DNA of 64,000 bases from Amphiscolops sp. MND2022 (Eukaryota): positions 16,554,001-16,618,000 of the forward strand of contig OZ076416.1 in the NCBI GenBank assembly GCA_964187785.1, in the 5' to 3' direction. Position 1 is the first letter of the stretch; each line of letters begins with the position of its first letter. The notes under the pieces are model-generated. The model did not search any database. It was not told the origin of the DNA and saw only the letters and a program-made list of their open reading frames with translations. Shown piece by piece: positions 48,769 through 60,899 of this stretch. Position numbers and translations under genes: made by a program.

Positions 48769-49702
48769 GATATGAGACCCTCCTGTATTCATTTTGATGG
48801 TACATCAACATCGTTCCAACATACATTTTTGTCTTCGTTCCTTATTTGAAAGGTATGATGTCGTTTCTCATTTTTGCGACGGTTCGCGAAAGTCAGATTG
48901 GTATACACAGGTTACTGGTATATATTGGTTACTGGTATATACCCGTCAGATATGTTTTTTGAAGGGAACGGTGAAAGATTCATTTTTGTCTGCTGTCAAT
49001 CTTCCAATATAATGATTGTACTTCGTTTTGCTAATGTTTTTGAAAGCTCAGGTTTTTCTTTTTCGTTTCCAGTTGGTTGGTTTACATCGGGTAAAAATTG
49101 ATACGGCACTAGCAGAGAGCCTCCGAGCCACAATGAGGACATTGATAACAATCAGTGAGTGTTACTTCTAGAAAAACTCTATATCCGACAGTTATGCTGA
49201 CTTTATGCATGAGAAACGATAAACCGGTTAATATTTGGTCGTTTACACTTCCATTTCGACGGTTTCCCTTCCTTTGCAAAAGTTTTCCAATTTTTGGTTT
49301 TTTCTAATGACCAAGAATGTTCTGAGTCTCGAACCGCTTGCGAAGATCTTACATATTTTTATAAACTCTTGTTTAATCCTAAAATCCTTGATGAGATGTA
49401 ACGGCAAGCGTGGCCACAAAACGTTGAAGGAACCTGATCAATGGGTATATCGCACAGTGCTGGCGAACTTCAACACAGATCCATTTTATATCCTAGGTGT
49501 CGTGCCAGTAGAAGGAGGTCCTACTCGCCCCAAGAGAAGCTCTCCGATCGAACCCAGTAACAGGCATCTTGCTTTTGCTCTTTGCTCTCTCTGGAATACC
49601 GCTTAGAAATCTTTTCAACACGTTTAGAATGAAGCAGTGTAAATTTCAAATTGTTCAGGTTGACATGTGGAATAACGTCAAAAATTGCAAGAAGTAGCCA
49701 TA

Positions 49703-50414
49703 TGTCACGTCCGACTGGCGGCGCACATCTAGGAAGTGGGACAATGCTTAGGGTGCTTAAACAGGAAACCGTTGTTTTACTACAGCCCTAGGCACAAGTT
49801 TTCTCCCAAAATGGTCTCCCAGGGGGACTATTCTGACGTCAAAGGAGGCTCCTACGTTAGAGCTCCGGGGAGACGCTCGAAGTCCGGACAAGTTCCACAA
49901 GCCGGTAAAAAGGAATCCTAAGGTTCCTAACGTGTTCCCGCGACTCCTACATACCTTCGAGGTCCAAAAACGGTGTTCAGCAAACGTGCATTATATTTGC
50001 AGAATTAGATCAAAAATTAGCAAACAAAATGGGATCTGCTAGATCCAATTTCATCACAAATCTGCTAACAACATTGATGACAATGAAATTAACTACTAAG
50101 AGTTCCTCGGGCATCTACAAGATGTTTCCGGAGTTCTTGCAAAGATCCACTGACAGGTTGCACCTTGATTCTGGAGGGTCACTTCCGACATTTTCCTGAA
50201 TGAAATGGCACCACACTGGCTTTCACTCTCATTTCAGCCTCTTCCGGGTGTCTTCGGGTGTCGGGGCCTACGGGGAGATCTGTTTGTACGTTTGTTTTTG
50301 GTTCTTGTACAATTTTCCTATGCACCGGGTCGGCCATCTTGAATGTGCTTATTTGATACCGCACATTTCGACTTGTTCATCGAAATTTTGTAACATCGAC
50401 TGCCTGACGTTACA
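49703..50414 (-). repeat. 3' LTR of the 49.7-54.7 kb element
   Basis: TGT...ACA termini; homologous to 53984-54687. Confidence 0.8.
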
Positions 50415-50425
50415 TCCTCTCCTTC
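50415..50425 (-). promoter_or_regulatory. Polypurine tract
   Basis: Minus strand GAAGGAGAGGA immediately precedes the LTR start TGTAACG. Confidence 0.7.
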
Positions 50426-53400
50426 ACAAACGAGAGTGGACGTTCACGTCGTCTTGGTTGTCATCATCCAGGGGTACTGTTTCAGCAATATACCATTTCA
50501 GGAACCCGAACAAAAGTTGCTGCCCAAAAAGAAGATTCTGCCCAAAGACAGGTTATTGCTCAAAAACATGAGTTTTTGCCAGCAAACCAGGCTTCCTTGG
50601 ATTCCACACCAACAATGGGTTCTTGCACTGAAAAAGTATTAGCAACTATAGACACTTAGCATTGTATTCAAAACGTTTTCAATTTTTTAATTTTGCAACA
50701 AAATTACTAGCACTTTGTGTTACCGAAACTGTTTAAATATAAAAAGCTTTCATCACAACAGGTTCGGCATTGGCCGGGGTCCCACCTGATAGGCTAGGTT
50801 TTACAAAATGTACGATAGCACTTGAAAAGCGAAAATAAAAAGTAACAGCTGTGGTTTTGCAAAAGTGTCGTAGTTCATGGACAACAGAAACTGCACAATA
50901 AACAGCACCAATGGGAAAACAGAGCTCGAAAACTAAAAATATCATCAAAAGCGAGGACCCATTCAGTCAATAGTGTTAGCAGTGTACGCTTAGATAAAGG
51001 TATCGTCTAGGTAGTATAAGCAACAGTGTATATGTAAGAGATGGAAATAAACTGCTTCTCAAGAGAATGATTATGTCGACAGCGATGATAAAGCAGATCC
51101 AATAAAAATCAAAAATCAGGCATAATAGATCATGAAAACAGTCTTTGGCATTAAAAAGCAGTTCCAGAGCAATCATTCGAGTTTTAAAAGAACGGCCGCT
51201 GGCCAAGCAGTTCTCAGAGCTTCGAAGCTCCAGGTCTTTTATCATGCTTGGTGTTGATTTCTCTCGGGAGAGTACAAGTACTCCCCCGGCCAATCTCTTG
51301 TCCGGTGTTTTCACATCGACATGGTTCACACAACTGTGGTCCCGAGAACCAAGGTACACCTTAGGGAAGAATCGAGCAAAGAATGCTGATATTTTGAGAA
51401 GCCTTCTTGGCTACAGATGCTATACTGTCTGAAAATTCCTTTTGTCTTTCATGCTGCCCTGTTTCTGGTGAGCACAAGCGAGAACGTAAATGTGATCAGG
51501 GACTGGAAATAATAAGTCTTGGGGATAAGTAAGAGGAGTAAGAGGAAAGACACTGAGTAGGAAGCGATTTTTTGCCTTACGATTGTAGTAAGATCAGAAA
51601 AAGCGTTCTTTTTCAACTATGGTAGTCACTACTGTACTTGTTGTTCTGTTTTGAGACGTACTGCTGCGTTCAAAGTCTTAACTTCTAAAAGTGCCTATGA
51701 ACAAACCCCAGCACCCACAGGGTACACAGGGCACCAAACATGCGTGTTCACAACGAATAATTTGAACTTAGGTGTCTTTGATAGCAGTCAGGAGGCGAAT
51801 TACAATTTTTGGGTTTTCACCTCTATGTCTCGTAGACCGTTTTTCCAGAGACTCGAGATCTTAGGGTCGGTTTAGCACCAATCAAAGTGATTCAACAGGA
51901 CGTGCTGAAGGTGCCGGGTATACTAGTTATGTCATTTGGCCGGCACGTACACTGACAAATAGTGTGCAATTTGTCTCAAAAAATTACAAAATCAACAATT
52001 TTTCGTCAACATGCACCTCCGGGGAAGGTGAAAATCACTTCTAGCGCTGCTAGCAACCTGAAAATTTCACACCGTATATTACAGTAGCCAAATCGTGGGA
52101 ATTAACCTCTGATTGCGCCAAAATTGACTCTATGTGAAATGCGGTCACTTGACAATGTGTCTAGAAAAATGAACTAAGTTATGAAATTTGCACAAAGCTG
52201 ACAAACTTGCCTTCTAGGCTTCCTAGCTACCTGAAATTTGGTGTGCGAGTCTAACCTATGCTCACACAACATAGAGAGCCGGCGGCGGGCTGCCTGGATC
52301 AGTATCTGGCGATTCGGGGTGACAAAACCTTGGTGTACCTCATTTTGGCTAGCAGTCGGCTGCTCAAATGGCACAAATCGTCGGGGTTTAATAGCACGTA
52401 TGCTAAAATGCTAGAAAATAGGTGCTGGGGTACCCCCAGAAATATAGCACTGCGCTCAAGTAAAGTTCCATTTTTTCGGCAATTTTATGCACTTTCAGAG
52501 CAAAACTGCGGCTAAGAGTTTCCGACGATTATTGCCAGTAGCGCCACCAAAATCACGCTACTAGCGTAACTGTTTGCGCTCTACACGACGGTGCAGTCCG
52601 TTTTAGCTACTCCCGCTAGGAAAGATTTCGAATTGCCCAAAAAACGTGATTGCCAAATTCCGAAAGTGTCGCAAAAACAACACGTTTTTGGCTATTTCTC
52701 AACAACCACTGGTTGGAATCACTCGCAGTTTTCTGCGTTTGCAACGTTACACTCTATTTTAACAGGAAATAGACAAGCGGAACCTGACAGGTTCTAAATA
52801 AGGTCTCTCAAACGCTTTTCAGATTGCACTTTCTACATTCTCGGAACAGTACTGAAAACACGTATTTTCGCCGAGAACTTCCTGTTTCTCTGTTCTCGGG
52901 CCTTCCGATTAGTTCTTTCAGTAGTGTAGGAATGTGTAACAATTTTATTTGGGGGACTGACTTGGTTTCAATGATTAGTTTAGGTTTTATAACACTGAGG
53001 CCTATGGGAGTCCTTTGCTCAGGTCTATTTGTAACAAAAGAAAGGCACTGATAAATGTTCAATTTATATGGGGGATAGCTAAAAACCGTCTTGGCAGCAT
53101 TGTTTCGTACTGCCAAGCTCAACAACAACACTTTTGGGCTGCTCAAATAGCTTGGAGACTAATGCCCAAGACTTTGCCCTTGCCAAGGTTTGTCGAAACG
53201 GCCAAATTTGTCGAATTTGTAACAAAAATTGCTATATTTTTCGCGTTTTTCACAATTTATCCCAACAAAAGTTTTGTTCCTGACCTAGTAGGTCTGTTGG
53301 AACTGTTTTTTGGTATTCCCGCTGGCCGTGTTCTATTCTACCAAACTTGGATTTTCAAAATTGGTTAAATCGAAATTTGAGCTATATACGGTGTTATTTT

Positions 53401-53983
53401 CATAGTTTTCGCGCTCAAATTTTTTAACAATCGGCCTGAACATCCTTAGGGAATTTTTCCCTGTTAGTTTACATAGAAATAGGCCGAGGAATTTGCTTTG
53501 TCGGCTGCTAAATAAGGAAAATGGGGAATGTAACCCGTTTGATGTGTGGATACGGCAATCACAGGGGTGTGCGCAGTGTGGTTGCGTAGGACGTCACGTC
53601 TTGGTGTCGGCTAGCGGGAACCTTCACTGCATATCCTCTCGGTCCCAATACATTGCAAATTTGCTGTAATGAGGCTACAGAACCCTTTAAAACCAATTCC
53701 GGATTAGTCGGTTTAACTTTTTCAACAGGTATAGTAGAAGCAAAGGGGGTACACTGTTTGAAACCGTTCTTTCTCGTTCCAGACCTCGGGGACATGCAGG
53801 AAACCCCGGAATTCCGTTAGAAGAAATCCTGGTAGGCTCGAAAAAAGCAATAAACACAATCTAGGACCCTCTCATAAGTTTTCATAGATCTGGACCCTCC
53901 GGGACCGGAAGGCAGGACAACCTTCTAGATGGACGCAAAAGTGAAAAATATCCCTTTTTGGTCGCCATAAAAACTATTCCAGA

Positions 53984-54687
53984 TGTAACGTCCGGCTGGC
54001 GGCGCACATCTAGGAAGTGGGACAATGCCTATGGTGCTTAAACAGGAGACCGTTGTTTTACTACAGCCCTAGGCACTAGTTTTTCTCCCAAAATGGTCTC
54101 CCAGGGGGACTATTCTGACGTCAAAGGAGGCTCCTCCGTTAGATCTCCGGAGCGGCGCTCCAAGTTCGGACACGTCCCAGAAGCCTGTAAAAACGAATCC
54201 TAAGGTTCCTAACGTGTTCCCGCGACTCTTACATACCTTCGAGGTCCAAAAACGGTGTTCAGCAAAAGTGCATTATATTTGCAGAAATAGATCTTAATTT
54301 AGCAAAATTGGGATCTGCTATATCCAATTTCATCACAAATCTGCTAAAAACATTAATGGCAATCAAATTAACTACTAAGAGTTCCTTGGGCATCTTCAAC
54401 ATGGGTCCGGAGTTCTTGCAAGATCCACTGACAGGCACCTTGATTCTGGAGGGTCTCTTCCGACATTTTCCCGAATGAAATGGCACCACACTGGGTTTCA
54501 CTCTCTTTTCAGCCTCTTCCGGGTGTCTTCGGGTGTCGGGGCCTACGGGGTGGTCTGTTTGTACGTTTTCTTGGTTCTTCTACGATTTTTGTTCCTGCCG
54601 GGTAGGCCATCTTGAATGTGCTTATTTGATACCGCACATTTCGAATTTTTCACCGAAATTTTGTAACTTCGACTGCCTGACGTTACA
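53984..54687 (-). repeat. 5' LTR of the 49.7-54.7 kb element
   Basis: Perfect TGTAACG...CGTTACA inverted termini; homologous to 49703-50414. Confidence 0.8.
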
Positions 54688-57274
54688 AAACATCACCATT
54701 ATTTCGCAACAATGTACAATAATCGCGTTTTTACGCCAACAATCTTTTGACAAAATCCACATAAGCTGGGGCTCCACAGGTACAAGTTTATAATTTAGGA
54801 AAAAAGACTCATTGCTACACGGATGTAAGAACTACATTAAGTAGCATCAAGCAAAAAGAAACAGCATCCAATTAGTGATTCTAGGAATATCAAAAGCGAG
54901 ATTTTTTTAAAGCTTTCTCGTTCTCTCAGTCACTCGGTCTCTTTTCGTTTCGATGTACGTGCCAAAGTGGCAGAAAAGAACAATCACATACCCAATGCCA
55001 CGACACGAATGGAATTCGAAATCTGTTTCTGCATTACCATCATCATGCTTCGGAAGGCATCAGAGGGTGCCGTTACAAGATCTTGTTTAGGTTCAGTTCC
55101 CAAGTTCCAACAAGACACTTAAAATTGGTTTACTTGCAAAACAAAGGATATCATCGTTCATATTCATTTTGCTACTGTTTAAACAACCGGTTCAGCTGTC
55201 ATTATCGAAAAGGTTGTAACAGTATTATATACCGGAGGCTCTGCAACTTCCGCCCAGAAAGTGATGGAACGACTAGCCGAAAAAATAGCGAAAAACACGA
55301 TGAGCCTAACTCTGACACTATAAACTACATCAGCACAGAGTTAGGCTTTGCTCTCGTTAGAAGATCAATTTTCTTTCTGAAAGGATATATGACTTTGAAT
55401 ATATTGAATCCAGTTGAAAACTCTAGTAGTGCAGTCATTGACGAGGGAAGGTTCTAATGTGTTCGTGTTCCTTTTTTACCATGCGGTGAATTTTTCATAC
55501 GATACAGTTAGTATATTCCTTCCTTGTGTTTTTTTGTGCCCAGGGGACCGTTTATTGACAACTGCACATGAGAGGTCCTGCTTGCAGCAAATTCCAGACC
55601 GAGCCCCAGCAAAAATGGTTTTTTTGTAAAACTTATTCCATTTTCTGTCTATGTCCTATGCCGTTTTCTTGACGACGAACACTGAGGATAGGCACAGTGG
55701 CCTTTATAAGATACTGGAAAACAGCAGAAAAGGACAGCACCATTGAGAGTCCAAAAACGTTTTTTTTTTTTAAAAACTGAGTCTCACAGTTACAAAATCA
55801 TAGAGGAGGAAAATTACTGAACTCACTATACCAGGTGTCACGTAGCTTGCAGTTTTCCTTCAGTATCTAGCAGGTTCACGCCGTTTTTCGAATTTTTTTT
55901 CAAAGTTCGCAGTTTCCTAAAGTGACAAACTTTTGAGAAGCAACTTGAAAGAAAGCAATTTCGAGATGAAGCAAAAGTAATCAAAGTGGAGCTAGTTAAC
56001 ATTGATGCGGATAACTTCCTGTGGAAATGGAACGACTTTCGAGGTGATATAATGGTTTGATTTCATCGAAAAGTAGGTGTCGAATATATTTAAATACAAG
56101 TTCTAATACCTTCGAGAGTGCAGTTGTTAAGTTTGCAAAACTTTCGGGTCTGTGGTGTCTTCAAATTTATAATGTATAAACGACCAGAATTAAAATTAAC
56201 AACATAGTCTAAAGGCATTACGTCCGAAATAATTTGTATATGGTGCCATCAAATAATGCCGACACACCATAAACTGATGATGAAACTTTTTCTAAATTTA
56301 CTTCAGGTCATATAACAGGGTCGTGTTTAATTCATATATGTCTCCCTTATTTTCCAAGCACATACATCCCGTTTTTTCCTCCGTTCTCGCTTCCATTTTT
56401 GACGAACTTTGTCGATGAAAACCTTGTATTGAAGTGAAGTTGTCAAAAATTTGACTATGTTATTTGTGACTTCTTTGCGTTCCTTTCTAAACAAAAAGTG
56501 TTGAAATACGTGCTGAAAACTCTGCTAAAAACACTCTGAAAAGTATTTAAAATTTTGGTGATTTCAAACTCTGATATCCATGACGGCACTGCTTTGAGTT
56601 TTTGTGTTATTGCAATGTTAATTTTTGGCATGAGTTTTAAACTGAAGAAAAAATATATAAAAATGATTCAATCTTGACACAGACAATGAAAATGAAGACT
56701 GAGCCCAATTCAATTCGGTTGCCTAAAACTGTAACCATTGATGAAGAATCCCACATAGTACATTGAATTGTACCGTGTTCGGACTGAAAATTTTCGTTTC
56801 ATTCTGTCCAGATTTGCTCCGCGAGAGCAACATCAAGTATGAGTGATGCAATACCTGCGAGACTTTCCATGGACTTGGGCAATTGCGAAGAATCAGTTGT
56901 TACCAAGTCTCGAACCATCGTGTTTTCTGTTGAAGATCGTGATCTGTTGTTTTTTGAGCTGTTCGCAAACTTTTAGCAACCAGGCATGTATTCAATATCC
57001 ATTCCTTAGGTTACCATAGTTTTAGAAGCTATTGTCGTTGCTAGACAGGTCTTTTTGGCAACAGAAAAAGATTTTTTTCAATTTTTTTCGATTTGGCGGA
57101 CGGTTCCTTCTTTGGCTGTTTAAATTTTTTTTCAAAAAAACAGGATGATAAAAAACCCCCAATGCTCCCCTCTTTGGCATCGTGAGACTTTCGGCACCGT
57201 GAGAATTTTTTGAAATGCTGTTGGATCCTGTGGAAAAGATAAGTTTTCTCAGTGAATGGTTAATATACCTACGG

Positions 57275-57855
57275 TTTTTTAGTCGGCGTATTTTAACAAA
57301 ATGAGCACGACTATTACAGTGGCAAGCTTTTTTCTTTTTTTTCGTCAGGAAGCAGAATGTATGCGTAGTGGACTTTTTTTACAGAACTACTAAACTACTG
57401 AACCGGAAACGCATCTAAGTTAGTGCAAAGGGTCCCCCTTTCAGTTACTCCCTTTTTAACGTAAGATGCAAAACCGGACGAGACTATAGGGTCTCGCTTT
57501 GAATTTTTTTCGGCACTGTGCGACTTTTTTCGAAATTTTTTTGTCGCCAAAGGGTCCCCCTTCAAGTTTTTTGATATTTTGCAGCAAACTGAATTTTCAA
57601 AAAGCCCAAAGGGTCTCTCCTTTCTACCTTTTCGGCACTATGAGACTTTCAAAATTCTCATTTTTTTTGTTTCTTTTTCAAAAATATTTTTCCAAAAATT
57701 TTTCGAATTTTTTTAATGTCTCCAAAGGGTCTTGGATTTTGCAACAAATTTTGCAACAAACTGGATTTTCAAAAAGCCCAAAATTTTACAATTTTAAGAT
57801 TTTGCGCTTTTTGAGCCTTAGATATAGCGCCGACTTTAGACGTTCCCGTCTTGTT
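57275..57855 (+). mobile_element. HINE-like element, copy 6
   Basis: TTTTTTAGTCGGCG...CACGACT at the 5' end; GCGCCGACTTT-AGACGTTCCCGTCT-TGTT at the 3' end. Confidence 0.8.
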
Positions 57856-58199
57856 TTCTGTTTCCAAAAGTTGGTTTTTTCTCAGAAACCTTTTTGGCAT
57901 CCTATAAGTCAAGAGCAGCATTGCTAGGAAACGTAAAACACTTAAGAAATATTCCTCTAAGAAATGCAAAGCATATAAAAAATCTTGCATGTACAAAAAG
58001 AATGAAATTTGTAGAAATTGAAATGATTAACTCCCAAGATATTGCGATAATCTGAAAATAATGACATTTGATCGTTACGCCTTCATCACATTTCAAGATC
58101 TTCTGGATCTTATCACGATTTATGCATCTATGCCTCAGAGTAGTCAAGAACCAATAGGCTTCACTCTAGCCTATGAATATGAAGGTTTCTTCTATTTAG

Positions 58200-58366
58200 G
58201 TCAGATCTATCAATGTGGGGTTGTGTCAACAGGCCCCAAGAACCCAGATTGTGGTCTCACCCCGGGTGCTTACGTCAACTTAGCCATGCCTGATATCATC
58301 AATTGGCTCGTGAAAGTCGGAAGTGCTTCTAATACAAGCCGAATCAGTGAGCATTCCTTTTTATAG
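58200..58366 (+). CDS. Probable terminal exon of a trypsin-family (S1) serine-protease-like gene
   Basis: After a TTTAG acceptor the frame reads QIYQCGVVSTGPKNPDCGLTPGAYVNLAMPDIINWL...*, resembling the S1 C-terminal GIVSWG-C-PGVY-WI pattern. No catalytic exon found. Confidence 0.45.
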
Positions 58367-58746
58367 GGCCCTCGCTTATTGTGATCTTAGCAATTTCTAT
58401 AGTTTTTGATTGTAAGACATAATTTGCGATACATCACAAATTTTGGCGAAATACGTGACGAACTTTTTTCAGAGATGAAAAAGAAGCTCAGAAATTCGTG
58501 AATGGAATTTCAAGAATAGAAGTATTGCTAGCTATGAATTCAAAACTGCTGTATTTTTTAACGACGAGGGGAACAGAAAAAGGACCCGATTTTTAACCCT
58601 AAATGGATGTAGAAATTTCCGGAGCCATCCAAAAATCTGGTGCTTAAACTTTAAACCGCAGTATTGCCTAAACTATTCAAGTCCGACAAACGATTTCTAG
58701 CGCGTTTGAAGGAAGACAATCAATGCTTTCAAATTGATTTTTGAAG

Positions 58747-58794
58747 TGCTGGGCTGGGCTGGGCTGGGCTGGGCTGAGCTGGGCTGAGCTAGCT
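58747..58794 (+). repeat. (GGGCT/GAGCT)n pentamer microsatellite
   Basis: GCTGGGCTGGGCTGGGCTGGGCTGGGCTGAGCTGGGCTGAGCTAGCT. Confidence 0.9.
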
Positions 58795-59479
58795 GCGGAC
58801 TTTACGCCAAAGCTTTGCACGCCTCATGTCTCTGACTGCATTTCAGCATGTTTCAAATCATGCTAGGGCCATTTTCACCCAATCTTGATACCAGTGGGAG
58901 AAGTTGGCCACAAACAAAAACAGGCAAATGGAAAATCGACGCTCATTTAAAAAATTTTTTGGTCCAGTTTTCTTTCTTGATGTCGGAGAATCAAAGCGAT
59001 ATGCCGTGAAAAGGCGTGCAATGCTATGTAAAATTGTCTGAAAATTCAAGAGGTTTCTTTACCATACAGCCAGCTGGTGCCTTCAGAAGTTTGCAGAAAC
59101 TAACTCGTATATATAAACAATTATAAACATCCATAAAATTCTATCAAAGTTAAAACCTTTTAAAAACATTTGTAGACTGTATTCAAGACGGAATATAGAC
59201 ACTAAAACTCCCAAAAGAGAGGAACCAGTTCAAAGTGGACATTTCCTTCAATCTATATTTGAAAAAAAGTGTCAAGGACAAACCTCCAAGAGTGCCTAAT
59301 TTTCTCTAGGTAACTCATATCAGGTTGTATTTTTGCGAACTGTTGGAAGTTCTCAAAAGCCGCTGGTCGTAACAAAAGTTGTAAATGTTCAAGTTTCAAC
59401 CTGGGCCAAAAACAGACTTTTATTTAATATTTATGTTTTCAAAAAATATGTTCGGTTCAAGTTCATTTTTTTGTTACTG

Positions 59480-60102
59480 TTTTTAGTCGGCGCATTTTAA
59501 CAAAATGAGCCCTACTATTACAGTGGCAAGTTTTTTCTTCTTTTTTTGTCAGATAGTAAAATGTGTGAGTAGTGGACACTTTTTACAGAGCTACTAAACT
59601 ACTGGACCGGCAAACGGAAACGCATCTAAGTTATTGCAAAGGATCCCCCTTTCGTGTACTCTCAATTTTTAACATAAAATACAAAACCGGACGGGACTAC
59701 AGGGTCCTTTGAATTTTTTTCGGTACTGTGCGACTTTTTTTGAACTTTTTTGTCGCCAAAGTGTCCCCCCTTCAAATTTTTTGATAGTTTGCGGCAAACT
59801 GAAGTTTCAAAAAGCCCGAAGGGTCTCTCCTTTCTACTTTTTCGGCACTATGAGACATTCAAAATTCTCATTTTTCGTTTCTTTTTCAAAATTATTTTCC
59901 AAAAATTATTCGAATTTTTTAAATGTCTCCAAAGGGATTTGGATCTTTGCGAATTTTTTAAATGTCTCCTCGATTTTTTTTGATATTTTGCAACAAAGTG
60001 GATTTTTAAAAAGTCGAAAGGGTCCCCTTTTTACAATTATAAAAAATTTTGCGCTTTTTGAGCTCTAGATTTAGCGCCGACTTTAGACGTTCCCGTCTTG
60101 TT
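59480..60102 (+). mobile_element. HINE-like element, copy 7
   Basis: Same termini as copy 6 and close sequence similarity to it. Stray sub-IR fragments follow at about 60395, 60490 and 60607. Confidence 0.8.
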
Positions 60103-60899
60103 TCGACATTGTTCGACTGTTTTCGATAAAATTTTCATTATACTTATTCAAAAGGTACCCTTTCACTCTAATGTTTTGGCCTAAAAAAAGCGCTTGGCGA
60201 GCTTGATGCTCCTTTTCCGGAACTATTAAACTTTTGCCTGAAGACAAAAGTTTAAAAGCTAGTGTTGGGAAAAAGCGGTATTCGAGTGTTATGCGTATCC
60301 CTTCAGATATTGTGGCACTGTAAACTTGATAAATGTTTCAAACTAGTGTCTCCTTGCATATTTAAAAAAATTTCGTTTTCAACCTTGAGTGGTGCGCCGA
60401 CTTGGTTTTTGGACTTGATACGTAATGACGAAGATGTTTAGCGGCTTTTTAAACTGCAAAAATTGCCCCACTCTTACAGAGGCAATTTGTTTTAGTCGGC
60501 AGTCACAGGGTGCGCTTTTGGACTCTTGGTTCCTGAAAACTTTGATAATTTGCTTGAAACCACTCTGAGCATATTTGAGACTTTGCGCTTTTCCGGCCTT
60601 GAGAGGGGCGCCGACTTGAGACGTTAGCATCAGACGATAATTTTTTGAATACGCGGTTATTCATTTTTCTCAGGAAACAAACAAGAAAATATATTCATGT
60701 CAGACACAAGATGTTAGTTTAAAATTTGTTTCCAAAGCAATGTATTAAAGGAGACAGGAAGGATGAAAGGATTGGAGATTTCCAAAAAAAAACGAAAGTT
60801 GTGTGTTGAAATTTGTGTACTCTTGTGGGTGATGTACTGCACAAAATATACCTGGCCTTAGAGATTGATATTTCTCGAATTTGTTTTGGTGACAGTTTT

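Larger units (their letters stand above)
49703..54687 (-). mobile_element. Non-autonomous (LARD-like) LTR element, about 5 kb, no recognisable gag/pol
   Basis: Direct repeats of about 710 bp (49703-50414 and 53984-54687, roughly 85-90% identical by eye) with TGTAACG...CGT(T/G)ACA termini. Polypurine tract abuts the 3' LTR on the minus strand. No TSD found. Confidence 0.72.

Noticed and set aside
58747-58794. Similarity to immunoglobulin switch-region GAGCT/GGGCT pentamers
   Set aside because: Only 48 bp long with no Ig genes; ordinary microsatellite origin is simpler.
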